18,360 nt of DNA, from NCBI GenBank assembly GCA_043718025.1, contig JAYSWN010000213.1, positions 1 through 18,360 of the forward strand, written 5' to 3'. The notes under the pieces are model-generated. The model was not told the DNA's origin. It did no database searches and was given only the letters and a program-made list of their open reading frames with translations. This stretch comes from Pseudomonadota bacterium (GTDB lineage: Bacteria > Bdellovibrionota > FAC87 > UBA2466). Made by a program: the position numbers and the translations under genes. This document shows, one piece after another, positions 1 to 9,165 of this stretch. Every line of letters begins with the position of its first letter. The first letter of the stretch is position 1.

Positions 1-96
1 TTCGATGTTCCGGAACAAGCCAATGTCCTGCGCTTTGGTCAGGAGAAAAGAAAAAACTTGGATCAAAGTGGCCAGGAATTGGCCAGGAAGCACTAA
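1..96 (+). CDS. 3' end of an ORF entering from the left edge (…FDVPEQANVLRFGQEKRKNLDQSGQELARKH*); possibly the C-terminal tail of a tyrosine integrase
   Basis: Frame 1 is open from base 1 to TAA at 94-96 and converges on the tRNA 3' end 44 bp away. 'NVLRF' resembles the NV(V/I)x(L/F) tails common on phage/island integrases. No catalytic residues are in the window, so the product is inferred. Confidence 0.35.
   Translation, partial: FDVPEQANVLRFGQEKRKNLDQSGQELARKH
69..89 (+). repeat. Tandem 10-bp direct repeat TGGCCAGGAA-t-TGGCCAGGAA; candidate integrase arm-type sites
   Basis: Exact copies at 69-78 and 80-89 (11-bp period), about 50 bp from the tRNA CCA end, followed by an AT-rich tract at 97-140. 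Confidence 0.6.
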
Positions 97-140
97 TTCG
101 TTTTCTTAACTACCCGTTATTATTTTTGAATTAAAAAGAA

Positions 141-230
141 TGGCGGAGAGAGAGAGATTTGAACTCTCGAGACCCTTTCGAGTCTGCACGCTTTCCAAGC
201 GTGTTCCTTCAACCACTCGGACATCTCTCC
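141..230 (-). tRNA. tRNA-Ser (anticodon GGA), CCA encoded
   Basis: The reverse complement folds as a type II tRNA: acceptor GGAGAGA/TCTCTCC, discriminator G + CCA, D-loop AGTGGTTGA, anticodon arm CACGC-TTGGAAA-GCGTG, long variable arm AGACTC-GAAA-GGGTCT, T arm GAGAG-TTCAAAT-CTCTC. Confidence 0.97.
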
Positions 231-313
231 GCACTAAGGATAAAGGAGATAACATCCGGCCCGTTAAACGTCTACCCAGCACATAAGTGGTTGTTACTAG
301 ATGGGATAAAGGA

Positions 314-328
314 GGCGGCATTCTTTAC
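314..328 (+). repeat. Copy 1 of intergenic 15-bp direct repeat GGCGRCATTCTTTAC
   Basis: GGCGGCATTCTTTAC here matches GGCGACATTCTTTAC at 9659-9673 (14/15). Both copies are followed by TTGAC 9-10 bp later. Confidence 0.55.
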
Positions 329-399
329 TGAAGTGATATTGACACGAAGCAATGCCACGGCGAGAAATAACCCATAACAACTAACACGGGGGTGTTTCT

Positions 400-837
400 A
401 TGCGTTTGTTTTTATTAGGTTTAGTGGCATTCGGGGGAGTCGTAGCTAACGCCAACGACCAAGTAGCCTCGGTTACCAGGTTTGCTCAACTTAGCTTCGA
501 CGCCAATTCCGTTCGGGTCGCTCAGTTTCGCAAACTGGGCAACAATCAGGTCGCCGTTACCCTCACCTTTAAAATTCTTCCTACCGACAGCTGCATGGAA
601 AATTATGCGGGCTTGTATCAGGCCAAAGCCAATGCCGCTAACTTCGAAGTGCTCTACTCGCACACCGGTCAGCCATGCCTTCCCCAAATCAACCCCCGCA
701 TCGTGCCGGCAAAATTTGTCGTTACGCTGGGAAGAGGCGCGCTTCCCTTAACGATTAACGGCACTAGCTACGGCTTTGCGCCGAATGGGGACTGGACTGA
801 ACTTAAAATTCAAAAAATTTCCGCTACCGGTAAATAA
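400..837 (+). CDS. Small secreted hypothetical protein (signal peptide, two Cys, beta-rich)
   Basis: ATG with SD-like GGGGGTG. N-terminus MRLFLLGLVAFGGVVANA has a basic residue, a hydrophobic core and an A-N-A cleavage motif. The ORF fills the gap between the tRNA and the convergent cheY. Confidence 0.8.
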   Translation: MRLFLLGLVAFGGVVANANDQVASVTRFAQLSFDANSVRVAQFRKLGNNQVAVTLTFKILPTDSCMENYAGLYQAKANAANFEVLYSHTGQPCLPQINPRIVPAKFVVTLGRGALPLTINGTSYGFAPNGDWTELKIQKISATGK

Positions 838-856
838 CTAACTTCACCTTTGTTCT

Positions 857-1231
857 TTAGGCCGCGGCCAAGTGCTTCTCAATCAGCGGGCCAATTTTGG
901 TGGGATAAAAAGGCTTGAGCAGGTAGTCATTCACCCCTAGCTCAAGGGCACGGTCGCGGTCACGCTCTTCGCCATTCGACGTCAACATGATGATGGGTAG
1001 TTTTTCAAAGCCAGGCGTGCGCTTCAAAAAAGCCACCAGCTCCATGCCATTCATCGGCCGCATAAACAAATCAGTGATCAAAAGTTGAAAACTCTCACCC
1101 ATCAAATATTTAATCGCCTCGAGCCCGTGCTCGGCCTCACGAATATCGCACTGGTGCATCTTTTCTAAATACAAACGCACCAACCGCCGCACATCCGAAT
1201 CATCATCCACTATGAGTACTTTTGGTGTCAC
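857..1231 (-). CDS. cheY: Single-domain response regulator (CheY-like)
   Basis: VLIVDDD, phospho-Asp in LLITDLFM, MLTS, DYLLKPF. GTG start with SD AAGGGGG. Last gene of the che operon. Confidence 0.9.
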   Translation of the reverse strand: MTPKVLIVDDDSDVRRLVRLYLEKMHQCDIREAEHGLEAIKYLMGESFQLLITDLFMRPMNGMELVAFLKRTPGFEKLPIIMLTSNGEERDRDRALELGVNDYLLKPFYPTKIGPLIEKHLAAA

Positions 1232-1694
1232 GTGCCCCCCTTACCCCCGGCGCAATCATCGCCTCATCATGATCAAACAGGTGCCGCAAATCCAATACCG
1301 CGTAAGCCAGCCCCTCAACCTTAATCACCCGCGAAACCGGCGCCGACGAATTGTCAGCCCACTCGGTCAGATCAAAAGACTTTTCGTCGGGAGCAATCTC
1401 CACCACGTCGGTAACATCATCCACAATCAAACCCATCGGTTTTCCGCCGTAGCCAATAATTAAAATACGCGTGCGCGCCTCGTAAGGCGTTTCCGAAATG
1501 CCAAAACGCTTGCGCAAATCCACCACCGGCACCATGCGGCCGCGCAGATTAATCGTGCCCTCTAAATTTTTTGCCGTGCCCGGAATGGCCGACACTCCCA
1601 CCATGCGAATAATCTCCTGCACGTTGGGCACCGGCAAAGCACAACGAAACGGCTCTACCAAAAATAACAAAAGGTGATTTTCGCCGCTAATCAT
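1203..1694 (-). CDS. cheW: CheW coupling protein
   Basis: VQEII, GTINLRGRMVPVVDLRKRFG and GLIVDDV motifs. ATGA overlap with the cheB stop. Confidence 0.93.
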   Translation of the reverse strand: MISGENHLLLFLVEPFRCALPVPNVQEIIRMVGVSAIPGTAKNLEGTINLRGRMVPVVDLRKRFGISETPYEARTRILIIGYGGKPMGLIVDDVTDVVEIAPDEKSFDLTEWADNSSAPVSRVIKVEGLAYAVLDLRHLFDHDEAMIAPGVRGARDTKSTHSG

Positions 1695-2737
1695 GCCGCC
1701 GCCTTAAACGAATTTTTTAACGCCGCCGCCAACACGTCGAGCGAAAACAAAGTATCCACCGCCCCCATCGCCAACGCCTCTTTGGGCATCCCAAAAATCA
1801 CGCTGCTGGCTTCGTCTTGGGCCAAAGTCTGTCCCCCCGCTTTTCTGAGTTGAAGCAAACCCTCGGCGCCATCACTGCCCATGCCCGTAAGCAAAATGCC
1901 CAACGTTTCACGCGGCGCCGCCCGCGCCACCGATTTAAAAAGCATATCGATCGAAGGGCGGCACTCATGAACCAACGGCCCATCCACCAACTCAAATCGA
2001 CGCGACGGGCTTATGCACAGGTGATGAGTACCGGGTGCCACATAAATCTTTCCCGGCTGAATGGTATCGAACTGGCGTGCTTCAGCCACCGGCACCTTAC
2101 ACGACTCACCCAACCACTCGACAAACCCCGGTATAAATTCTTCGGCCATGTGCTGCACAATCACCGCCCCAAACGACGCGTTTGGCTGCATGCCCGCAAG
2201 CAAAGTGGCAATCGCGGTAGGGCCGCCCGTCGAAGCCCCAATCGCTACTATCGTCGGCGCGCCATGAAACAGCGGCCCTACGGTGGGCCGCGAAAGTGGG
2301 TCGGGAACGCCGGTTTTTCTAATCACCACCACATTCGAAAGCACGCGCAGCTTTTTTCGCAACATGTCGGCAATCACGTGGTGCCGTTCATCCATCACTG
2401 ACTTGGGCTTTAGCATTACTTCGAGTGCCCCGGCCGACAGCGACCGAAAGGGCACGCGTTTGCTACGGTAAACGGCGGTAGAAGTAAAAATAAGAATTGG
2501 CGTAGGGGTGGCGCGCATGATGGCGTCAGTAGCGTGAAAGCCATCGGTATTGGGCATCTCCACGTCCATCACAATAATATCGGGCTTCAAGCTGCGGGTT
2601 AGGGTGATGGCCTGGCTGCCATCTCGGGCCTCGCCCACGATCTGAAATCCATGGTCGGGCGTAAGCACCGTCGACAGCCAATTGCGCACGGTGGCCGAAT
2701 CGTCAGTCACCAACACCCTGATATTTGCTTTGGTCAT
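1691..2737 (-). CDS. cheB: CheB REC-methylesterase (WspF-like)
   Basis: N-terminal REC (VTDDS, MDVEMP) and intact catalytic triad motifs GASTGG, VQHM and LTGMGSDG. Confidence 0.96.
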   Translation of the reverse strand: MTKANIRVLVTDDSATVRNWLSTVLTPDHGFQIVGEARDGSQAITLTRSLKPDIIVMDVEMPNTDGFHATDAIMRATPTPILIFTSTAVYRSKRVPFRSLSAGALEVMLKPKSVMDERHHVIADMLRKKLRVLSNVVVIRKTGVPDPLSRPTVGPLFHGAPTIVAIGASTGGPTAIATLLAGMQPNASFGAVIVQHMAEEFIPGFVEWLGESCKVPVAEARQFDTIQPGKIYVAPGTHHLCISPSRRFELVDGPLVHECRPSIDMLFKSVARAAPRETLGILLTGMGSDGAEGLLQLRKAGGQTLAQDEASSVIFGMPKEALAMGAVDTLFSLDVLAAALKNSFKAAA

Positions 2738-5700
2738 CCGAGCAACCTCTCCACCGTCGAGATCAAATTATTTTGATCAAACGACCCCTTAACGATGTAA
2801 GCATTCGCGCCCGCCTGCATGCCGCGCAGTTTTTCTTCGTCTTTAGAAAGCGAACTTACCAAAACCACGGGCGTGCCCTTGTACCGGGCGTCGGCCTTAA
2901 TCTTTGCGACCAATTCGTAACCATCCATCTCAGGCATCTGAATATCGGAAACCACGAGATCGATTTTTCCCTTTTCAACCACGCCAAAGCCCATCTTTCC
3001 ATCCTTGGCCGTCACTACGTCGTAGCCCGCGGTTTCAAGCAGAGTGCGAAATAGCTCGCGGCTGGTGTGCGTGTCATCGCACACCAAAAGTCGGTATCGT
3101 TTAGTCGGCTCTTTTGACGAGGCAGGCTGCACGGTCCACCCTTTGCCCTCAAGACCTAGCGCATGGCTGATTAAGCTCGTGGTATCAATCACCAGCGCCA
3201 CCGTGCCATCGGGGCGAATGGTGACCCCGGCCATGTGGCGAATTTTTCTAAAGTGAAGGTTGGGCTCTTTCAGTACGATCGAGTGCTCTTCAAGTGCCGC
3301 GTCGATAAAAAAACCAAACACCTCACGGCGTCCCCGCACCACGCCGTGCACAAATAAAATAGTACGCTTGCCGCCTTTAGGCCGGTTTTCTGGCGCCCCA
3401 AAAATGCGCGCTAACGATTCAAGCGGTACGGTTATATTGCGTCGATTGATCGTGGGCTTGCCGTCAATAGGCTGAAACTCTTCTTCAGCCACCTCCGCAA
3501 TTTCAACTACTGAGTCGGTCGGAAAATAAATGTCGTGGCCGCCGGCCGAAACCAGTACTGCCTGAATTACGGCTAAACTCACCGGCAAATAGATCTGAAA
3601 GCAGGCGCCCTTTCCCGGGGTGCTCTCAATCGACACTTCGCCTTTAAGCGACTCAATGTTCTTCTTCACCACGTCCATGCCCACGCCGCGACCCGAAATT
3701 TCGGTGACCGCATCTTTTGTAGAAAAACCCGGTAGAAAGATTAGGGGGTAGGTGTCTTCGGGCGTCATCTCAGCATCATTTTTGGGAAGTTTTATTCCCA
3801 TGGTTCGTGCTTTGGCCAACACGCGCTTAGCGTCAATGCCGCGGCCGTCGTCCCTAATGGTAATCAAAATTTGACTACCCCGCTGCTCGGCCGAAAGCTC
3901 AATCGTGCCGCGTCCCGGTTTGCCCGCTAGGATACGCTCATTCGCCGTTTCAATGCCGTGATCCACGGCGTTTCGAATTAGGTGAATGAGCGGATCGCTC
4001 ATCTGCTCTAGTACGCGTTTGTCCAGCTCGGTAGAGGCACCCTTGAGCTCTAAGCTAATCTGTTTTTTGCCGTCGCGGGTCAAATCGCGAACCAGCCTGG
4101 GCGCGCTATCAAAAAGCAGAGAGATGGGGACCATGCGAATCCGCAACACCTCGTTTTGCAGCGCGTACACCATCGTCGCCGAGCGTTCTGAATGCGAAAT
4201 AAAATCGGTTGAGCACTGGCCAAGGTCTTGGTCGAAAGACTTCATGCCTTGGTGAATCTCGTTAGACAGCACGTGCGAACTTACCGAAAGCTCAGGTGAG
4301 TGTGCCGTGTCCCCAACGAAGCGGTCGACAATCTCTTGCCACCGCCGATGCAGCCTCTGAAAGCGGCCATAGACCCGCGATAACTCTTTGATCAAGGTCT
4401 CACGCGCATTTTTATCGAGCGTGAGTTCGCTCGCCAAGTTGACCATGCGGTCTAACTTTTCTAGGCGCACGCGAATCGACTCTCGCGCCGCAGGAGAATC
4501 GGTAGGCTTAATGGCCGCCACCGGGGTGAGTAACGTTTCTTTGCCTGGGGTAGTTGGTGCGGCAGCGTTGTGGTTAGCCTCGGGGGTAACCGTTCCTACG
4601 ACGGTCGGCCGACCAGCGGCCAGCCCTTCCAGCTCAGCCACCAATTGCGCCGAAGGTTTTACGGTCGTATTTCCCGCCTTGGCATGTTCGAAAAGCAGTT
4701 TCAATTCATCGCTGGCGCGCAAAAGGCAGTCGATAACGTTAGGGGTCACCGAGAGCTTCTCTGATCGCAAGCCATCTAACACGGTTTCAATCCGGTGGCT
4801 AAACTCTGAAACCGAAGGCAAACCAAATGAAGTTCCCGTGCCCTTCAAACTGTGGGCTCGGCGAAAGAGGCCGTGAATCAACTCTTGGTCTTTCGGCGTT
4901 TTATCCAGCTTGATGATGTCTTTCGAAAAATCATCAAACTCGTCTAAATGCTCAGCGATGTATTGAACAAGCAGTAGCGCCATCTCTCGGGTAAATTCAT
5001 CTTCCGCATCTACTACCAGCTTAAGCTCGGGCGCCGTGGCGGCAGCCGGAGTGGCGTGGGTGAGCTCAGAAATAACGACATCCCAATTGGTAAAGGAGGC
5101 CGTCGACACCGCCCTATTCTTTGTACACACGTAAAGAATATCGAAAACTATTTTACGATCGCTGGGCGGGGTACCGGCCACCATTCCCACTACCGTGGCG
5201 GCCTCGGAAAGGATTTTCAGATTCTGGACGAAGTCTTTGACGTAGGCATCCCAGCTGATTGTCCACTTCACTAAGAAAATCGAATTCTGATTTCTCTTTG
5301 CTACCAGTAGCGTTGATTTTTGGGATTCGGTGAGAAATTTGGCGGTGTCGTCAGAAAGGGTGGGAAAACTGCCGACGAAATCGGGCAGCTCCGGTCCCCG
5401 CGCCGCAAGGTTTAAAAGGCGGCCGGCCACGGTATCGGGGTCACGGCCGGGCGCGTGCTGCACCCCGCCCAATTCATTTCGAATGCTGTCGATGGAATCA
5501 AGCAGAGTGTCGATGCACTCGCGTGAAATGGCCAGGCGTCCTTCATTTACCTCGACCATCAATGATTCGAACGAGTGAACCACCTTTTCAATGGGGGCGG
5601 CCCCCATCAGCTTAGCGCCGCCTTTTAGGCTGTGCGCGGTACGCAGAATTAATTCGAAGTGCTCACGGGTGGGCGTCTCTTGTTCCAACTTCAGAATCGA

Positions 5701-5778
5701 GGCGTTGAGCAGATCAAGCTGCTCAAATGCTTCTTCGCGGAAGACCTGCGAAAGGTTTTGCCGTTCGGCAGTGTTCAT
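2734..5778 (-). CDS. cheA: Hybrid CheA histidine kinase: Hpt - P2-like - Hpt - dimerisation - HATPase - CheW - REC
   Basis: Two HSLKG motifs (H49, H309), IRVRLEKLD, HLIRNAVDHGIE, DDGRG, PGFST, SGRGVGMDVV, one CheW domain, and a C-terminal REC (CDD, SDIQMP D945, YIVKGSF). Confidence 0.96.
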   Translation of the reverse strand: MNTAERQNLSQVFREEAFEQLDLLNASILKLEQETPTREHFELILRTAHSLKGGAKLMGAAPIEKVVHSFESLMVEVNEGRLAISRECIDTLLDSIDSIRNELGGVQHAPGRDPDTVAGRLLNLAARGPELPDFVGSFPTLSDDTAKFLTESQKSTLLVAKRNQNSIFLVKWTISWDAYVKDFVQNLKILSEAATVVGMVAGTPPSDRKIVFDILYVCTKNRAVSTASFTNWDVVISELTHATPAAATAPELKLVVDAEDEFTREMALLLVQYIAEHLDEFDDFSKDIIKLDKTPKDQELIHGLFRRAHSLKGTGTSFGLPSVSEFSHRIETVLDGLRSEKLSVTPNVIDCLLRASDELKLLFEHAKAGNTTVKPSAQLVAELEGLAAGRPTVVGTVTPEANHNAAAPTTPGKETLLTPVAAIKPTDSPAARESIRVRLEKLDRMVNLASELTLDKNARETLIKELSRVYGRFQRLHRRWQEIVDRFVGDTAHSPELSVSSHVLSNEIHQGMKSFDQDLGQCSTDFISHSERSATMVYALQNEVLRIRMVPISLLFDSAPRLVRDLTRDGKKQISLELKGASTELDKRVLEQMSDPLIHLIRNAVDHGIETANERILAGKPGRGTIELSAEQRGSQILITIRDDGRGIDAKRVLAKARTMGIKLPKNDAEMTPEDTYPLIFLPGFSTKDAVTEISGRGVGMDVVKKNIESLKGEVSIESTPGKGACFQIYLPVSLAVIQAVLVSAGGHDIYFPTDSVVEIAEVAEEEFQPIDGKPTINRRNITVPLESLARIFGAPENRPKGGKRTILFVHGVVRGRREVFGFFIDAALEEHSIVLKEPNLHFRKIRHMAGVTIRPDGTVALVIDTTSLISHALGLEGKGWTVQPASSKEPTKRYRLLVCDDTHTSRELFRTLLETAGYDVVTAKDGKMGFGVVEKGKIDLVVSDIQMPEMDGYELVAKIKADARYKGTPVVLVSSLSKDEEKLRGMQAGANAYIVKGSFDQNNLISTVERLLG

Positions 5779-5806
5779 TTTTGGTTACCGCCAAATAGAT
5801 AAAGGG

Positions 5807-7261
5807 CTACCCGATAAGGGTTTGTAAACGACCAGCGATGCCAACCAGCTCGTTGGCGGCGCCAACCGTCTTTTGCACTGATTGCACGGTCTCTTTAATT
5901 CCGGAGTTGATCTGCCCCATGGCTCCCGAGATTTGCATGGTGGCGCTATCTTGCTGTTGGCAAGAGAGGTAAATTCCTTTGATTGCTTCCGAAGTTTCTG
6001 AAACCAGCTTCGAAATTTTATCAAACGCTTTGGCCGAGTCTTCGGCAATGCGGCGGCCAGCGTCTACTGATTTAATCGTCTCTTCAGTGGCCAATACCGT
6101 AGCGTTGGTTGAATTCTGAATGTCTTGAACCAGCTGGGTAATCTCTTCGGTAGATTTTTTGGTCCGCTCGGCAAGTTTTCTCACTTCACCGGCGACCACC
6201 GCGAAACCTTTACCTTGATCACCGGCACGCGCCGCTTCAATCGCGGCGTTTAGGGCCAGCAAATTAATTTGCTCGGTAATGTCTTTAATGGCGACGACGA
6301 TGCGGCCAACCTGTTGCGATTTTTCGCTGAGCACGATCGTTTGCTTAGAGGTGGCCTCGGTTTTTTCTTTAATCGCCTGAAGCCCTTCGATGGTTTCGTT
6401 GATGGCGCCCTGGCCCGATTGTACGGCCTCGGCCGCCTTCTCGCCAGAGTCAGAAACCGACGTCGCATTTTGCACCACCTGCCGCTGCGCAGCCGACAGT
6501 TCGGCGGCCGTGCTGGTGGTTTCATTTACCGAGGTAGAGTGCTCAGAGAGTTGTTTTCGGTATACCTCGGCGGTAGAGATCATTTGCGACGAGGAGAGGC
6601 GCAAAATTTCGATGTCTTTTCCGAGGTTTCGTTTGATCGAATACATTAGCAAGTAGCCTACGATAATGGCGATGCTGACGCCCAATAGTCCCAAAATAAG
6701 GCGAAAACGTTCCACTTTGGCCTCTTCAGCGCGGTACGACGCCAAAGCCCGCTCACGCCGCTCGCCCGTGGTGTTAACCAGATCACGAATCTGTTCTTCA
6801 ATCTTTTGCACCGAAATCACCGATAGCGTACGGGCAATATGACGCCCATCTTTGGTGACTTCGACCCCACTCTTTTGCCGCTGGATTTGGCTGTCGATAT
6901 AAGAAAATAACTCTTTCGCGCTTTCATCGAGCGCACGAACTTTGGTCTCGGTCTCACTGCCGACTTCAACGAACGTGCGCAGGGTTTCCAGACTTTTGGC
7001 GGCTCGACGGCGCCATTGGTCCATTGATTGAACGTATTTGTCTTCGGAGGTTAGCTGCAAAGCACGGTCTTCAGCGACGATCGACGCAACCTGAAAACCC
7101 ACCTCAAGCGCTAGGGTACTGGCGATCATCTCTTGATTGATTTCGGTAACTTTACGGTCGGTATTTTTCTGCGAAGCATAGTCGGTGGAGACAATACCGA
7201 TAATCACAAAAATTAGGATGGCGTAACCAACTGTCATCCTCTGCGCGATGGTCCATTTCAT
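5807..7261 (-). CDS. Methyl-accepting chemotaxis protein, 2 TM, helical (4HB/CHASE3-like) periplasmic sensor, no obvious HAMP
   Basis: Signalling hairpin [36 protein letters not shown], two hydrophobic TM segments, SD GGGAG. Confidence 0.95.
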   Translation of the reverse strand: MKWTIAQRMTVGYAILIFVIIGIVSTDYASQKNTDRKVTEINQEMIASTLALEVGFQVASIVAEDRALQLTSEDKYVQSMDQWRRRAAKSLETLRTFVEVGSETETKVRALDESAKELFSYIDSQIQRQKSGVEVTKDGRHIARTLSVISVQKIEEQIRDLVNTTGERRERALASYRAEEAKVERFRLILGLLGVSIAIIVGYLLMYSIKRNLGKDIEILRLSSSQMISTAEVYRKQLSEHSTSVNETTSTAAELSAAQRQVVQNATSVSDSGEKAAEAVQSGQGAINETIEGLQAIKEKTEATSKQTIVLSEKSQQVGRIVVAIKDITEQINLLALNAAIEAARAGDQGKGFAVVAGEVRKLAERTKKSTEEITQLVQDIQNSTNATVLATEETIKSVDAGRRIAEDSAKAFDKISKLVSETSEAIKGIYLSCQQQDSATMQISGAMGQINSGIKETVQSVQKTVGAANELVGIAGRLQTLIG

Positions 7262-7297
7262 AACCGACTCCCGTAATCAAACGTGGTCTAACTATCC

Positions 7298-7855
7298 TCA
7301 AGTAACCAGGTCAGGATGAGAAAGAATATTTTTTAAATCTAAAATCGTAAAACTTTTGCCTTCAAACCTAAAAGTTTGTGTAAAAAAACGCGCTCGTTCC
7401 GGCGGTATGGTGGCAGGAATTCGCTCATACGCCCCGTCCCCGCTAGGGTGCACTTCACAAACCTCGTCGGCCAAGAGGCCAGCCGTAACCGCTTCCGACT
7501 CACCGTCATGAAGCAGCACCGCAAAATTCCAAGTCTTGGTGGTGCTGCGACTGCCCAGCGAAAAGAGTGTGGCTAGATTGATCAGCCCCATCACTTCGCC
7601 CCTGAGATTAAAGAGTCCGTTCACAAAGCCCGGCACAAACGGCACGCGGCTGATGCGCGGTTTATACAGAACTTCGCGCACCTTCGTCACCGGGACACAA
7701 AACCACTCGTCTTCCACGCGTACGCTTAGGTAGCCCACCACGCGCGCATCATTTAGTTCGAGCAGCGAAACTGGCCTACTTAACTCCAGCGCCCGATCTT
7801 GCAGTTCGGCGTCGGTTAACCTTCGCCGCGCGTCACTTTGCCGTGCCTCGCTCAT
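7298..7855 (-). CDS. cheW: CheW coupling protein (WspD-like N-terminal 'L..RA..L' extension)
   Basis: VREVL, ISRVPFVPGFVNGLFNLRGEV and GLLADEV motifs. ATGA overlap with the cheR stop. Confidence 0.92.
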   Translation of the reverse strand: MSEARQSDARRRLTDAELQDRALELSRPVSLLELNDARVVGYLSVRVEDEWFCVPVTKVREVLYKPRISRVPFVPGFVNGLFNLRGEVMGLINLATLFSLGSRSTTKTWNFAVLLHDGESEAVTAGLLADEVCEVHPSGDGAYERIPATIPPERARFFTQTFRFEGKSFTILDLKNILSHPDLVT

Positions 7856-9165
7856 GCCGCCCGAATCTCAATTTTCTGCAGCGCCCGTTGACACAAAATT
7901 GCCAAGAGCCCCACGGTAATGCCGTCGCCGGCGGGAATTGCCTCGCTAGGGTCTTTCAATTCGGTTTGGCGAAGCAACTCACGGTATTCGCGAATCGCAT
8001 CCGATGATCTACCCTCTAGCTCTAAGCTGCGGGCCAGTTCCAGGCGCGCCAACAGGTGGGCCGGGTTAAGATAAAGTACTTTGGTAAAAAGCTCGCACGC
8101 GCGGGTTACGTCGTCGCGGGTCAAGAACCCCTCGATAAAGTAGGCTTCGGCATTTAGCGGGTCGCGGGCCACTATGTTCTGGCAGGCCGCAATTGCCTCC
8201 GCCACGTTGCCCAATTCGGCCAACCGCCGCACATCCGTAATGGTAGGACCGTCGTTGCTCGCACTTTTTCTAGCAGGCTTTTTGCTGCCGGTGGCGTTGG
8301 TGACGGACGCAGGCCTAACCGGCTTCGCTTGCTTGGGTGGGCGCTGAAAAAAGAAGGCGCCGTCGATGCGCTTTAGCTCAAGGTCTTTCGGCGTGAAATT
8401 GAATTCAGCGTGGCCTAGAGCCAGGTAGCCACCGGGTAGCATGCATTCGCCAAGGCGGTTAATGATATCGGTGGCGCGTTCCTGTGAAAAATAGATAAGC
8501 ACGTTTCGGCAATAAATGGCGTGGCAGCCCATCGTCCCGTTGATCGGCGACGGAAAAGAGTTTTCGTTTAAATTTAGCGGCTGAAAGGTCACGACTTTGG
8601 TGATTTCTGGACTGAGCGACCAGCCGGCTTCGGTTTTTTGAAAATACGATCGTAATAAAGTTCCCGGCACCCGCGCGACCGAGCGGTCGCTAAAAAGAGG
8701 GGCCTGGGCCTTTTCAAGGTAGGTGGGATTGATGTCGGTTGCCAGTATCTCAATTCGATCCAGCACGCCCATCTCCGCCGCCAGCAAGGCCAGGGTGTAG
8801 GGCTCTTCGCCGGTGCAACAGCCGGCGCTCCAAATTTTGATTTTTGATTTTGGGTCGTTTTCTTTTAGGAATTGAGGCAGCAGGGTTTTTTTGAAGGCGT
8901 CGAGCTGGGTTTCGAATCTGAAAAAGAAAGTTTCGGGTACGGTAAGGCCATCCAATATTTTTCGAAACTCTTGAGGCTGGTCAAGGTGCTTTAAATACTC
9001 TTCTGCCGAAACACAACCCACCGAGCGAAAGCGCTCGGTTAAAAATTTTCTTAAGAACGTGGGTTCGGTGTTTCCCAACGAATGGCCAATGCGCTCTTTA
9101 AGAACCGTGGCGACTGCCTCAACGTCAGGCAAGGCAATCAGCGTGCTGTCGACGGGGAGGGTCAA
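7852..9165 (-). CDS. cheR: CheR methyltransferase with C-terminal TPR (WspC/FrzF-like)
   Basis: TVPETFFFR, IWSAGCCTGEEPY, ATDIN, CRNVLIYF and LGHAE motifs, then TPR-like helices (DPLNAEAYF, VLYLNPAHLLARLELA). TTG start overlaps the upstream stop (TTGA). Confidence 0.94.
   Translation of the reverse strand: MTLPVDSTLIALPDVEAVATVLKERIGHSLGNTEPTFLRKFLTERFRSVGCVSAEEYLKHLDQPQEFRKILDGLTVPETFFFRFETQLDAFKKTLLPQFLKENDPKSKIKIWSAGCCTGEEPYTLALLAAEMGVLDRIEILATDINPTYLEKAQAPLFSDRSVARVPGTLLRSYFQKTEAGWSLSPEITKVVTFQPLNLNENSFPSPINGTMGCHAIYCRNVLIYFSQERATDIINRLGECMLPGGYLALGHAEFNFTPKDLELKRIDGAFFFQRPPKQAKPVRPASVTNATGSKKPARKSASNDGPTITDVRRLAELGNVAEAIAACQNIVARDPLNAEAYFIEGFLTRDDVTRACELFTKVLYLNPAHLLARLELARSLELEGRSSDAIREYRELLRQTELKDPSEAIPAGDGITVGLLAILCQRALQKIEIRAA

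Noticed and set aside
339..368. Perfect TTGACA upstream of the 400..837 gene
   Set aside because: No acceptable -10 at 16-18 bp spacing (GAGAAA/AGAAAT), so it was not called as a promoter.
106..377. ORFs 106..321 (-) and 159..377 (+)
   Set aside because: They overlap the tRNA-Ser gene and are chance open frames.
379..842. AACTAAC on both sides of the secreted-protein gene, suggesting an integron cassette
   Set aside because: It does not match RYYYAAC/GTTRRRY, and there is no room or palindrome for an attC in the 19-bp gap.
1203..1248. 29-bp overlap of the cheW tail with cheY; deleting one G from the G5 run at 1244-1248 would stop CheW at TAA 1241-1243
   Set aside because: Could be a homopolymer error or slippage, but both genes are intact either way and short overlaps are common. 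Reads are needed to decide.
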